Assembly (NCBI GenBank): GCA_964407175.1 | Contig: CAYOUK010000001.1 | Coordinates: 1-39,731, forward strand | Direction: 5' to 3' | Length of the DNA stretch: 39,731 nt | Origin: an uncultured Muribaculaceae bacterium | GTDB lineage: Bacteria > Bacillota_I > Bacilli_A > RF39 > UBA660 | Shown: positions 25,436 to 35,561 of the stretch, piece by piece | How the letters are laid out: each line of letters opens with the position of its first letter | How positions within the stretch are numbered: the first letter of the stretch is position 1 | Notes under the pieces: model-generated | Told to the model about the DNA's origin: nothing | The model's input: only the letters and a program-made list of their open reading frames with translations | Database searches by the model: none | Translations under genes and position numbers: made by a program

Positions 25436-25909
25436 ATGAATTATTTTATTAATAATAGAGAGTTTATCAAAAACCTAGCTATTAATACAGGAACTTCTGA
25501 AACTCCAGTTTTTACAACTATATGCACTACTAGTGAAATCAATATAGATGTAGATCTAGAAACTAAAGATTTTTATGTATTCTGTGATGCATTACAAAGA
25601 AGAATAACAACAGGTGCAGCAATGGGTCTTTCAGGAACTCTTAAAATAGATGTTAATAATGCAGGTGTTACTGGTTTATTAGATAACATTCATACATTAC
25701 TAGCAGATGGTGAGATAGCTCAATTCAATAATCAGTTAATTCAATTTGATTTATTAACTGGTATAAGCAATGGCACACTTGAATATACAACTTATCAAGT
25801 TGCAACTAACTTAACACTAAGTGATTTAGGTGGTTCTTCTGAAGATGAGGGAGAATTCAGTTTCGAAATGCCATTCAATGGTAAAGGAACTGTTGTAACT
25901 TCTGCTTAA
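25436..25909 (+). CDS. major tail (tube) protein
   Basis: 157 aa with a strong RBS. It is the last gene before the tape measure and is followed by a terminator-like hairpin, as expected for a highly expressed gene. Confidence 0.65.
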   Translation: MNYFINNREFIKNLAINTGTSETPVFTTICTTSEINIDVDLETKDFYVFCDALQRRITTGAAMGLSGTLKIDVNNAGVTGLLDNIHTLLADGEIAQFNNQLIQFDLLTGISNGTLEYTTYQVATNLTLSDLGGSSEDEGEFSFEMPFNGKGTVVTSA

Positions 25910-25923
25910 TAAAAAGACCTTTT

Positions 25924-25951
25924 AGGTGGGGTGGTAAACCTCGCCTTTTTT
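25924..25951 (+). terminator. terminator-like hairpin (probable attenuator) after the tube gene
   Basis: aggtgggg / cctcgcct is an 8-bp stem with two G-U pairs, followed by a T6 run. Confidence 0.55.
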
Positions 25952-25970
25952 AATAGAAAGGAGCTAAAAT

Positions 25971-27980
25971 ATGAATAATGCTGAAGTTCTAATTAAGTTT
26001 AAAGGCGACACTAAAGATGTAGACACTAAAGTTAAAAAATTAGGTTCAGATGTCAGCTCTAAGCTTAGTTCGGTAGCTAGTGGTGTAGGTAAAGCTTTCG
26101 GAACAATGGCAGTAGCAGCCACGGTTGCAATAGCTAAAGTTACTAAAGCAAGTGTAGAAGCCTATGCTCAATACGAACAGTTATATGGTGGGCTTGAATC
26201 TTTGTTCGGTGCTGGTTCTGAAGAGATGAAACGTATCTTAAAAACTAGCGAAAGTACCTTTAAGACTTTAACAATGTCGCAGAATGATTATCTAGAAGCA
26301 TTTGAGAAAACTTATTCTATTATGAAAAATGGAATGAGTGAAAATGGGGATGCTATTAGTTATACAAATAAGATGCTCCAAATATCAGCAGATTTATTCA
26401 ATACTTATGGTGGTTCTGTAGAAACTTATTCAAGTGCTATTAACTGGGCTTTAAAAGGTGTTTATTCATACGTAGATAACTTAAACATTGGTATTAAGGG
26501 TACTCAAGAGGGCTTTGTGGATGCTGCGAATAAGGCAGGAATACTTGGCAGACAAATATCTAGTGTTTCAGAATTAACTAACGATGAAATAATTGATGTA
26601 ATTGAGTATTATGCAGAGGCTGCAGGTGCTATGGGTAGAACTGCAAAAGAAGCTAGTACTACTATATTAGGTTCTATGAATATGATGAAAGCATCTTGGA
26701 AAGACTTGTTATCGGCATTTTCTAAGGGTGATGATTTATCAAAACCAATAGATAATTTTGTTAAGTCGGCAGAAACGTTTTTAGAGAACTTAATACCAGT
26801 GGTTGAAAGAACTTTAACAAGTATAGCACAGGCGCTTCCTAGACTGGTCGAAAAGATAGGAGCTAAATTGCCTAGCTTGTTAACAAATATATTGCCTAGT
26901 CTTATTCAGAGTATAGTGGCAGTTATCAATGCTATAGTAAAGGCTTTACCTACTTTAATCAAAGTTTTGTTACCACCTTTAATAGATGGTTTGATGATGA
27001 TTACAGAAGAGCTTATTAAAGTCTTGCCAGATGTTATTATCATGATAGCTGATATGTTGCCAACATTAATGCCTCAAATAGTGGACGCAATTTTAAGCAT
27101 CATACCTATATTAATCGAAAATTTACCTTTATTTATAGAGGCTGGTCTTAGATTAATGGGTGGTTTAATTATTGGTTTTTTATCAATAATACCAGAAATA
27201 GGTTTAAAAATAGCAGAGATAGTTACAAGTATTATAGAGGCATTCAAAGAATTGCCTGAAAAGACAAAAGAGGTTGCCAAAAATGCTTGGGAGGGCTTCA
27301 AAAAAGGTGTAGAAGAAGCAAAACAAGCAGTATTGAATAAAATGGCAGAGATAGGGCAGAAAATTATAAATAAAGTTAAGTCTATATTCGGCATACATTC
27401 ACCAAGCACCATATTTAGTGATGTGGGCAAGAATATAATGCAAGGCTTAATTAATGGTATAGCTTCTCTAGCAAATAAAGTAAAAGAAAAAGCATCTTCT
27501 GTCGTATCAGGAATTAAAGATGCGTTTAATGGCATTAAAGATAAAATGCATAATATAGGTTATAACGTATCACAGGGTCTTGGAAATGGTATAACTGCAG
27601 GTACTCAATGGGTTAAAAATAAAGTTTCTAGTTTAGTTGGAAATGTTACAAGCTTCATTAAAAAAGCATTCAAGATAGGTTCTCCTAGTAAGCTCATGGC
27701 ACAAGAGGTAGGTCAATGGATCCCTAAAGGTATCGCAGTAGGTATTACTGCCAATTCAGATGCAGTTAATAAGTCTATGGATGATATTCAAAAGCAAATT
27801 AGTATGTCTATGGGAATGTCTCCTCAAGTTGCAAATTCAACTGCATTAAATTATAGCCCTAATATCTCAATAAATAACCAAATTTCAATGAAACAAGACC
27901 CACTAGGCCAAATGGTTTCAAACATAAAAACGTTTAGTGGTGGGGCTAAAAACGACTATAACTATGGAGCGAGTGTATGA
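25971..27980 (+). CDS. tape measure protein
   Basis: 669 aa. Helical N-terminus, a long hydrophobic LP-rich central region (LPSLLTNILPSLIQ...LPTLMPQIVD) and a Gly-rich C-terminus. Confidence 0.85.
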   Translation: MNNAEVLIKFKGDTKDVDTKVKKLGSDVSSKLSSVASGVGKAFGTMAVAATVAIAKVTKASVEAYAQYEQLYGGLESLFGAGSEEMKRILKTSESTFKTLTMSQNDYLEAFEKTYSIMKNGMSENGDAISYTNKMLQISADLFNTYGGSVETYSSAINWALKGVYSYVDNLNIGIKGTQEGFVDAANKAGILGRQISSVSELTNDEIIDVIEYYAEAAGAMGRTAKEASTTILGSMNMMKASWKDLLSAFSKGDDLSKPIDNFVKSAETFLENLIPVVERTLTSIAQALPRLVEKIGAKLPSLLTNILPSLIQSIVAVINAIVKALPTLIKVLLPPLIDGLMMITEELIKVLPDVIIMIADMLPTLMPQIVDAILSIIPILIENLPLFIEAGLRLMGGLIIGFLSIIPEIGLKIAEIVTSIIEAFKELPEKTKEVAKNAWEGFKKGVEEAKQAVLNKMAEIGQKIINKVKSIFGIHSPSTIFSDVGKNIMQGLINGIASLANKVKEKASSVVSGIKDAFNGIKDKMHNIGYNVSQGLGNGITAGTQWVKNKVSSLVGNVTSFIKKAFKIGSPSKLMAQEVGQWIPKGIAVGITANSDAVNKSMDDIQKQISMSMGMSPQVANSTALNYSPNISINNQISMKQDPLGQMVSNIKTFSGGAKNDYNYGASV

Positions 27981-29455
27981 GAATATTAATTAATAATGAA
28001 GAGGTGTTATGTAGTAGCACCCTAGAGATAACAGAACAGATGTTAAGCACCTCTTCTACTATCTTAAAAAATTGTTACCCTGCAACATGGGAATTAACAA
28101 AAGACTATACAAGTAACTATTATTTCCCTGAAGATTATTCTAAAGTTGAAATATATCAAGATGAAAATCTTATATTTTGTGGAGTAGTTAAAAAAACAGG
28201 GAATATAGATCTTAACCCTAGACATCCTCATTTTTGTGATTTACAAGTTATAGATTTCAAGACTTTTTTATCAGAGGGTGAAACACTAGATTTTGTAATA
28301 GCGAATAAGACCGTTACAGAGGCAATACAGCAAGTTATAGAGGCAGTTAGTGATTATGGGTTTGTACTTGGAAACATTCAAATACTAGAGCCTAATGAGA
28401 TGATAGGAGCATATTCTACTCAAGAAAAAACTGCTTATGATGTTTTTCAGTATCTAGCAGACATAACGCAGTCTAGATGGAGTACTAGAGTTATAGATGA
28501 AAACACAGTTGCAGTTGATTTCTATGATCCAACATTAATGCCAGAAGCTAATCAGATAGATAGCACAGAAGAATACTATGAAGATAATAACATTGTAGAT
28601 ATAACTTATAATTATTCAGCTAATGATTATCGTAATAAACAAGTTATGACAAGTGAGAGTGTTTATTCAAATATCACTCAATTACAAACTTTTGTAGCTG
28701 ATGGTGTGAATAATGAGTTTACAACTGAATACCCTGTAGGAATTATCGAAAGTGCGATTTTAAATGGTACATATTTAGATGTCGCAACTACTGGCGAAAG
28801 AGAAATGGGTATAACTGCAGACCTTTACTATACACCTAAAGAAAATGTAATAACATTAGAAGAAACTCCAGCCAGTTCAAGCGTCTTAATAGTCAATTAT
28901 AGAGCTTTTGTAAATGGCAGGACTGTTGTATATAATTCAGAAGAAATAGCTCGTATCAATGCTAATACAGACCGAAAAGGTGTAATAGCAAGATATGAAA
29001 ACAGAAACGATGCGATTACTACTGAAGAATTAACCAAAGTTGGTAAATCGTATCTTAAATATAAAGGAAAAAGCGAAATAACTTTAACTATTAAAACTCA
29101 AGGAACAGACCTATTTAATGTAGGGCAAAGAGTTACTTATAATGCACCTTTAGAAGAATTATCTCAAGAGTATATGGTTAAGTCTAAAAAGACTACCATG
29201 TATATAGTAGCTAATGAGGTGTTCTATGAGTACACATTGTCTAGTAGTTTCAATAGCGAAGATGCAATAAATTATTTTGATAACCAGAGATTTAAAATAT
29301 TAGGAAATATAGCAGATGGCGAAACTATCACACGTAACATAGATGTATTAAATGATGCAATGATTATATTTGATAATTTAACTATTAACGAGGTTGAATT
29401 ACCTGAAAATGCTAATGTTCTAGACTTTGAGTTAGACGGTAAATTGGAGGTTTAA
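27977..29455 (+). CDS. distal tail / baseplate protein (Dit- or Tal-like)
   Basis: 492 aa, directly after the tape measure gene with an overlapping start. Confidence 0.55.
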   Translation: MRILINNEEVLCSSTLEITEQMLSTSSTILKNCYPATWELTKDYTSNYYFPEDYSKVEIYQDENLIFCGVVKKTGNIDLNPRHPHFCDLQVIDFKTFLSEGETLDFVIANKTVTEAIQQVIEAVSDYGFVLGNIQILEPNEMIGAYSTQEKTAYDVFQYLADITQSRWSTRVIDENTVAVDFYDPTLMPEANQIDSTEEYYEDNNIVDITYNYSANDYRNKQVMTSESVYSNITQLQTFVADGVNNEFTTEYPVGIIESAILNGTYLDVATTGEREMGITADLYYTPKENVITLEETPASSSVLIVNYRAFVNGRTVVYNSEEIARINANTDRKGVIARYENRNDAITTEELTKVGKSYLKYKGKSEITLTIKTQGTDLFNVGQRVTYNAPLEELSQEYMVKSKKTTMYIVANEVFYEYTLSSSFNSEDAINYFDNQRFKILGNIADGETITRNIDVLNDAMIIFDNLTINEVELPENANVLDFELDGKLEV

Positions 29456-29456
29456 T

Positions 29457-31583
29457 ATGACTGAAGAATATAAAAAGAATCTATTAAATTTGATAACAGG
29501 AAATGCACAAGAAGCTATTTTTGATGAGGGTGGCACAGAAAAAGTGCTATCTACTACCGAATATGATTATTCTTCTTTCTTGCCTGTAGGAGCTACTAAT
29601 ATTGCTCTATATGGTGTATTAGATATTCCTGAAAATTTAGGTAACAAATCAGTTTTATATGGTGAATATGAGTTGGATGGAGACTGGTTCGGAATAGTCA
29701 TATTGATAGATGAAAATCAAACACCAATAGAAGCACTAACAGAGTTTGATAGTGGCACCAAATTAAGACCTATTCAGAGAATGATAGCAGATGACACAGG
29801 TAATATTTATGCAGTCGATAGTACCATGCCTGGTGTTATTAATCATAGTTATGGAGCCGATTATACAACTGCCGTGCTAAGATTTACAATGTTAAATAAT
29901 TTCACATTAGAAACTGCAAATGGTTATGAGATTAAGTTAAGAAAATCATATAACATAACAGGCCAAGTTGCAGTTACAGGTGCGACTTTCTTCTGTAGAG
30001 ATATGTTTAAAGACCCATTGGGTTCAAGTTTTGTATTGATAGGAACTAGCCATTTTAGTCAGCAAAGTCCTATAGCAATACACTTAACTATAAATGTAGG
30101 AAGCACAAACACATGGGAATTATACCCTAGCCCAGCAGGGTTAGATATTCATCTATACCAAGCGAGCAATGTTGAGTGGGAGGGTGGTTCTCCAGAGATA
30201 CTTATATTGGTAGAAGATAACACAGATGCTGCATATTTTTCAATAATAAAATATGTAAATGATAGCGAAACGCACACATTTACTACTAGCACGTTATACA
30301 CTCAAAATGTTCCATCTAGCCTTGGTTATGTTGAGGGAGATGCTAGAGTGTTCCCTAGCTATAGATTTTATAGTAATAGCTTCGGTTATTTCACAAATTC
30401 TACTAGAACGTATGATGAAGATAATGATAAAGGTTATGGAATGAATCATATCTTCTTATATCAAGACGGTGCAATTACACTTCTTTATTCAGACGTGTCA
30501 GAAGCAAGTGTAGATGGGCAACAACTAGCATTAAAAGAGACAGTGTATGCAGTTGGAACAATTAACAACCCTATATTTTTGAGATCCACATTGTCAGACA
30601 GTTATGAGATAAGTGTTTTTAGGTGTGATGCAATAAGTGGTTCATGGAGCGATATTCCTGTTCAGTCAGGAACATATTCAAATGGTACAACATGGGAGGG
30701 AAAAATAACATTCCCAGAAACTGCCATTTTAACATATGACATACCAGAGCCAGAAACACCATCTTCAAGTTATATTAACCAAAGATTTATTTTGAACATG
30801 ATGAGTTCTAAAAGTGCATTCAATTTGAATTATTATTTCTTTTTCCCTGGTTATTTACCTAGTATAAATGATGGGAAATATAATGTAATAACTAATTTGA
30901 GTGTAACTAATGGATACTCAGGGAGTTATCCCACGTATGATTTACAAGATACTTACATTAATTCGCTTGTTCCTAGTCAAGCTATCGCAACTCATGAAGA
31001 GGGGCAGGAAATAGTAACAGACTTTGCAAGAAACATTTATAATGTTCAGATAGATGATAACATTACAACTTCAAGTGTAGAAGTCCCTTATAACTATTTG
31101 AATAGTGAGGGCAACCAAATTGCATTATATAGTAAAACAAATTTACAAATGAATGAAGATTATACAATGGTTAAAAATAGATATGAGATGGTGGATGTTA
31201 ATTTTGTTAATTCAATATCAGTTATTAATAACAACGATAATGCTGGTATCTATAATCAAGAGGCTGCAAACAAAATTAACAGGAATGTTACTATCGGAGC
31301 AGACTATACATATTATTTAAGCAAAGCTTTAATTAATTATTCGGATGATACACAAAAAATAGAAAAAATAGATATTGAGATGATAGATGACACTCATGCT
31401 CAAGCAGTTTTATTGCTTTATGTAGATAAGGCAATAGATAGTATAGAGCTTGTAGACGAATCTACTCAATTTATAGAGGGTGGTTCTGTTTTATCAAAGG
31501 GCTTTACTTATCAGACAATAGATGGTTCAAATCTAAGTGTTAATAAGTTCTATGGAATAACACAGCCATTCAGAATAGAATAG
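29457..31583 (+). CDS. large tail-tip / host-recognition structural protein
   Basis: 708 aa, S/T/N/Y-rich and beta-rich, second gene after the tape measure. No catalytic motif recognised. Confidence 0.5.
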   Translation: MTEEYKKNLLNLITGNAQEAIFDEGGTEKVLSTTEYDYSSFLPVGATNIALYGVLDIPENLGNKSVLYGEYELDGDWFGIVILIDENQTPIEALTEFDSGTKLRPIQRMIADDTGNIYAVDSTMPGVINHSYGADYTTAVLRFTMLNNFTLETANGYEIKLRKSYNITGQVAVTGATFFCRDMFKDPLGSSFVLIGTSHFSQQSPIAIHLTINVGSTNTWELYPSPAGLDIHLYQASNVEWEGGSPEILILVEDNTDAAYFSIIKYVNDSETHTFTTSTLYTQNVPSSLGYVEGDARVFPSYRFYSNSFGYFTNSTRTYDEDNDKGYGMNHIFLYQDGAITLLYSDVSEASVDGQQLALKETVYAVGTINNPIFLRSTLSDSYEISVFRCDAISGSWSDIPVQSGTYSNGTTWEGKITFPETAILTYDIPEPETPSSSYINQRFILNMMSSKSAFNLNYYFFFPGYLPSINDGKYNVITNLSVTNGYSGSYPTYDLQDTYINSLVPSQAIATHEEGQEIVTDFARNIYNVQIDDNITTSSVEVPYNYLNSEGNQIALYSKTNLQMNEDYTMVKNRYEMVDVNFVNSISVINNNDNAGIYNQEAANKINRNVTIGADYTYYLSKALINYSDDTQKIEKIDIEMIDDTHAQAVLLLYVDKAIDSIELVDESTQFIEGGSVLSKGFTYQTIDGSNLSVNKFYGITQPFRIE

Positions 31584-31592
31584 GAGGGTTAT

Positions 31593-31874
31593 ATGGGAAA
31601 AATAACATATAACGACAAAGTAAAAATAAATGAATTAACAGATGTACCTGCTATTAATAAAGTGCAAGATGTAGATATGAATGAGATTAAAACATCAGTA
31701 AATGATTTATATGATGCTTTAGGTTTAGGAACAGATACATTTAGTACTAGTACAAGCTATGTAGTAGGTGATTTGGTTATATATAATGGAATGATATATA
31801 AATGTATAACTGCAACTAGTGGTGCTTGGAACCCAGTTAATTGGAGCTTAGTGCCAATTTTTGTAGATGCATAG
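31593..31874 (+). CDS. small fibre protein with CBM5/12-like carbohydrate-binding motif
   Basis: C-terminal YVVGDLVIYNGMIYKCITATSGAWNPVNW fits the Y..GD.V.YNG..Y.C...G.W.P..W pattern. Confidence 0.55.
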   Translation: MGKITYNDKVKINELTDVPAINKVQDVDMNEIKTSVNDLYDALGLGTDTFSTSTSYVVGDLVIYNGMIYKCITATSGAWNPVNWSLVPIFVDA

Positions 31875-31884
31875 GAGGGAAAAT

Positions 31885-32304
31885 ATGTTAAAAATTAATT
31901 CAGCAATTATGGACTTGTTTTACCCAGTTGGAACTTATTATGAAACAAGCAATACAGATTTTGACCCTAATGTTGCATGGGGTGGAACATGGGTTTTAGA
32001 TAGTAAAGGTAAAGTAACGGTTTCTCAAGATACAACAGATAGCGATTTTGCCACTGTCGGTGCAACGTTTGGAGAAAAAACACACACTTTAACTGTTAAT
32101 GAAATGCCATCACATACACATACACCTTCAGTTATTATTAATGCTAATGCCCAAGGTTATGTAGGAGGCCCAAACTGGTCTGAGGGTGTATATACAAGAT
32201 CAACTTCTGGAGACAGTTTGATTTTAAATAATACAGGTGGTGGCCAAGCACATAATAACGTACAACCAAGTGTAGTAGTAAAGAGATGGCATAGAACAGC
32301 TTAA
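31885..32304 (+). CDS. phage tail collar domain protein
   Basis: HTLTVNEMPSHTHT...GGGQAHNNVQPS is the collar (MdpB-like) signature. ATG 31885 follows AGGAGGG, whereas the track start is 31867. Confidence 0.7.
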   Translation: MLKINSAIMDLFYPVGTYYETSNTDFDPNVAWGGTWVLDSKGKVTVSQDTTDSDFATVGATFGEKTHTLTVNEMPSHTHTPSVIINANAQGYVGGPNWSEGVYTRSTSGDSLILNNTGGGQAHNNVQPSVVVKRWHRTA

Positions 32305-32327
32305 ATTAAAAATAGAAAGAGGGAATT

Positions 32328-32705
32328 ATGGAAGTTTTAGAAGAACTAAGATTCACTCATACTTTCTGGGCTATCGTTTTACCATGTATATTAATGATAT
32401 TAGATATTATTACAGGTTATTACAACGCATGGGAAAAAAACGAAGTATCAAGCAAAAAGATGAGAGATGGTTTAGGCAAAAAACTTGCAGAGCTTATATA
32501 TATAGTAATAGGTATGTTAATCTCATGTGCCTTTGGTGTTAAAGGTATAGGGTTCTTCATATCAGGTTATGTAGTATATATGGAGCTTGTAAGCATTGCT
32601 GAAAATTGCAAAAAGTTAGGTGTTGAATTACCTAAAGAAGTAGCAGACAAATTAAATAATGATATAGAAAAGGATGATGGAAATGATATCAATAGAGGTG
32701 AATAG
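32328..32705 (+). CDS. holin (TcdE / phage_holin_4-like), complete copy
   Basis: 125 aa with three transmembrane helices and a charged C-terminus. RBS AGAGGG. Confidence 0.75.
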   Translation: MEVLEELRFTHTFWAIVLPCILMILDIITGYYNAWEKNEVSSKKMRDGLGKKLAELIYIVIGMLISCAFGVKGIGFFISGYVVYMELVSIAENCKKLGVELPKEVADKLNNDIEKDDGNDINRGE

Positions 32706-33042
32706 GGGTAGTGCTATTACATTGGTTATTAGTGCAACTGTAGGGGATGAAAATTATACTTTTCAACCTGGAGACGTAGTCAGACTTTCTATAACTGAAA
32801 GAAAAAACGAAAACAAAGTGGTTTTAAGAAAAGATGTAGAGGTGAATGAGGAAACTGAAGAGGTAGAAATGCCTTTATTATCAAGCGACACTAAAATTGG
32901 AGACATTATAAACAAAGAAGTAGTTTATTGGTTTGAGGTAGAACTTAACCCAGATACAGAACAATGTCAAACTATTATTGGTTATGATGCAGATGGTGCT
33001 AAAGAGTTTATTTTATACCCTGAAAGTGGTGTATCGAATTGA
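32683..33042 (+). CDS. hypothetical protein (copy of 335..694)
   Basis: Identical translation, offset 32,348. Confidence 0.6.
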   Translation: MISIEVNRGSAITLVISATVGDENYTFQPGDVVRLSITERKNENKVVLRKDVEVNEETEEVEMPLLSSDTKIGDIINKEVVYWFEVELNPDTEQCQTIIGYDADGAKEFILYPESGVSN

Positions 33043-33641
33043 CAGAAAAAATTGAAATCATAGGTTTTATAAAAGACAAAAATAATATCAAGGGTGCATT
33101 GAGTAGTAACCTAAATTACAATAATCTCAAGATCACAAGTGCTTATTATTTATTTAGAAGTAATGCTAGAAGCGATTCTATGAATGATATTATAGCTTGT
33201 TTTAAAGATATAACTAACTGCGACCATGCATTTGAATATAATGACGTGGTTGATGCACCTTTATTTGATACAAGTTCATGCACTACTTTTAATAGTATGT
33301 TTAATGGGGCAAGTCATTTAAAATCATTGCCAGAATATGATATGTCTAACGCAAAAGATGTGTCAAATTTTTGTAATGCGTGTTATCAATTAGAAAGTGT
33401 TCCTGCTTATAATTGGGGAAGTATAACGGACATGAATTGGTACAATTCTTTTACTGGATGCTCAGCATTAAGTGATGAAAGTCTTAATAATATAATGAAG
33501 TCTTTTAGTACTATGTCAAATATAGCAAGCAGTCAAAAAAGATTAATGTATGCAGGTTTGAGCGAAACTCAAGCAAACAGATGCACAGAATTGCCAAATT
33601 GGAGCATTTTAGAAAGCGATGGATGGCGAACAGGTTATTAG
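33039..33641 (+). CDS. DUF285 / BspA-like LRR protein (copy of 691..1293)
   Basis: Identical translation, offset 32,348. Confidence 0.6.
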   Translation: MTEKIEIIGFIKDKNNIKGALSSNLNYNNLKITSAYYLFRSNARSDSMNDIIACFKDITNCDHAFEYNDVVDAPLFDTSSCTTFNSMFNGASHLKSLPEYDMSNAKDVSNFCNACYQLESVPAYNWGSITDMNWYNSFTGCSALSDESLNNIMKSFSTMSNIASSQKRLMYAGLSETQANRCTELPNWSILESDGWRTGY

Positions 33642-33652
33642 AGGTGGTTTAG

Positions 33653-33937
33653 ATGATTAAAAAGAGAACAAAAATAGTCGGTCATATTAGTGGCGCAGTC
33701 GGGCCGAAAGGCGAAAATGGTTTTAGTCCTATAATTACCACCTCTGAAACTCAAGATGGTTATAAAATAACTATTACTGATATAGAAGATACTGAAGAAA
33801 TAGAACTATTCAATGGAAAAGTTAATCATGAAGATTTGAATAATCTAGACTTTGAAAGTTCAGGACATACAGGTTTTCAAGAAGAAATGACACCTCTAAC
33901 AAATTGGGAAATAGAAAGGATGTTTGAAAATGAGTAG
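33653..33937 (+). CDS. hypothetical protein with collagen-like stretch (copy of 1305..1589)
   Basis: Identical translation, offset 32,348. Confidence 0.55.
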   Translation: MIKKRTKIVGHISGAVGPKGENGFSPIITTSETQDGYKITITDIEDTEEIELFNGKVNHEDLNNLDFESSGHTGFQEEMTPLTNWEIERMFENE

Positions 33938-34409
33938 TATTAAATATACTGATGATAATGGTCTATTATATCTTATTCAAAAGATTAAGACATTATTAGG
34001 CAACAAAGTAGATAAAGAAACAGGAAAAGGGCTTTCAACTAATGATTATACTAATGCAGATAAAACAATAGTTACAGGAATAGATGGCAGAGTTACAACT
34101 CTAGAAAATGCAGGTTATCAAACTGCAGGAGACGTTCAAACACTTATTAATTCTAGTCTAGCATCAGTTATGACATATAAAGGCACGGTTGCAAATTATA
34201 GTGATCTACCTAGTTCTAATGTGGCAGTAGGTGATACTTATAACATAACAAATGCTAGTCAGTATAACAATGCAGGAGATAACGCAACGTGGAATGGTAC
34301 ATCTTGGGATGTTTTAGGAAGCAATATAGATTTATCTAGTTATTTACAAGATAGTGATTTGGTGGCAATTACAAACGCAGAAATAGATACAATGTGGAAT
34401 GGAAATTAG
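33930..34409 (+). CDS. tail-fibre-like protein (copy of 1582..2061)
   Basis: Identical translation, offset 32,348. Confidence 0.6.
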   Translation: MSSIKYTDDNGLLYLIQKIKTLLGNKVDKETGKGLSTNDYTNADKTIVTGIDGRVTTLENAGYQTAGDVQTLINSSLASVMTYKGTVANYSDLPSSNVAVGDTYNITNASQYNNAGDNATWNGTSWDVLGSNIDLSSYLQDSDLVAITNAEIDTMWNGN

Positions 34410-34418
34410 GTGGTTTAA

Positions 34419-35552
34419 ATGAAATATTTAAACGGCACAGGAACGGAACATCTAATTGATAAGATTAAAGATGATTTAGAGCTAAAGTATGATAAGACAG
34501 GTGGAGAAATATCAGGCAACGTCAAGATAGATGGAACACTAACACTAGACATAGAAGATGAAGATTATGATAGTGGAATCACTTTTGATAAATCTTTAGA
34601 CACTAATGTTGGAACAATATTATCTTTGAATGGTTATGCTAATAGTTCAGAGACTACTAATTATAGACCAATAATAAGAAATGTTGGAACACCAAATCAA
34701 AATTATGATGTAGCAAACAAAAAGTATGTAGATGATAATGTTATAGTTCCTAATTATTATCTAACATTATTAAATGCAGATGGCACGATAGATACAACAT
34801 CTTCAACATTAAACTATAATACTGTGATTTCTAACTTAACAAATAGAAGTAAAGCTGATTACTTGGACATTATATGGGGAACAACTAGATTTTATGCAAA
34901 ATGTATTGAAGTAACGGATGTAAACACAGGAGATTTAAAGTTTATAGGTGAAGTAGAATATCAAGGAATACAAAGATATATGGTGTTTACTTTAACACCT
35001 AACAACGTATTGACTACTACTAATATCATAACTTTTGAGACAATAAGCGATAAGGTTCAGAGTGTAGTTGCAAATAGTACAAGCCAAGCAAAATACCCTA
35101 GCGCAAAAGCAGTCTTTGATGAATTTCAAAGAAAACCAGTAGTTGTATGGGAAAGCAGTACGCCAAGCGAATATTTAAAAGGAATACAAGCAAATATGTC
35201 AGCAAGCCCAGCATGGCAACTAACAGATTTAGATTTGACACCATTTAAAAGGATTAAAATCTATACTTGTGCTGGTAAGGGTTCAACCAATGCCAGTACA
35301 ACGCCAGCAATAATTTTGGAAATGTCTTTAGATAGTAGAGCAGTATCAACTGCATGGGGGAATAACTATGTTGCGTCTACTGTTATACAAAAATCAAATG
35401 ACAACAACAGACTTGCGACATTAACATGTGCTGTATCAGCAGACAAGACAAGTTTTGTTGTATTATGGCAAACAAGCCTTTATGGTACTGCTGCAACTTC
35501 AAACAACGATGTAAACGCAAACGTATTTATGATAGAGGGTTATTATGATTAG
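34419..35552 (+). CDS. tail fibre / receptor-binding protein (copy of 2071..3204)
   Basis: Identical translation, offset 32,348. Confidence 0.6.
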   Translation: MKYLNGTGTEHLIDKIKDDLELKYDKTGGEISGNVKIDGTLTLDIEDEDYDSGITFDKSLDTNVGTILSLNGYANSSETTNYRPIIRNVGTPNQNYDVANKKYVDDNVIVPNYYLTLLNADGTIDTTSSTLNYNTVISNLTNRSKADYLDIIWGTTRFYAKCIEVTDVNTGDLKFIGEVEYQGIQRYMVFTLTPNNVLTTTNIITFETISDKVQSVVANSTSQAKYPSAKAVFDEFQRKPVVVWESSTPSEYLKGIQANMSASPAWQLTDLDLTPFKRIKIYTCAGKGSTNASTTPAIILEMSLDSRAVSTAWGNNYVASTVIQKSNDNNRLATLTCAVSADKTSFVVLWQTSLYGTAATSNNDVNANVFMIEGYYD

Positions 35553-35561
35553 GAGGTATTT

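Noticed and set aside
27074-27535. Minus-strand ORFs (27074..27535, 27204..27398) within the tape measure gene, and the + strand ORF 30259..30444 within the 708-aa tail gene
   Set aside because: They are antisense or out-of-frame ORFs in long AT-rich genes, with no RBS. The hydrophobic translations mirror the LP-rich region of the tape measure protein.
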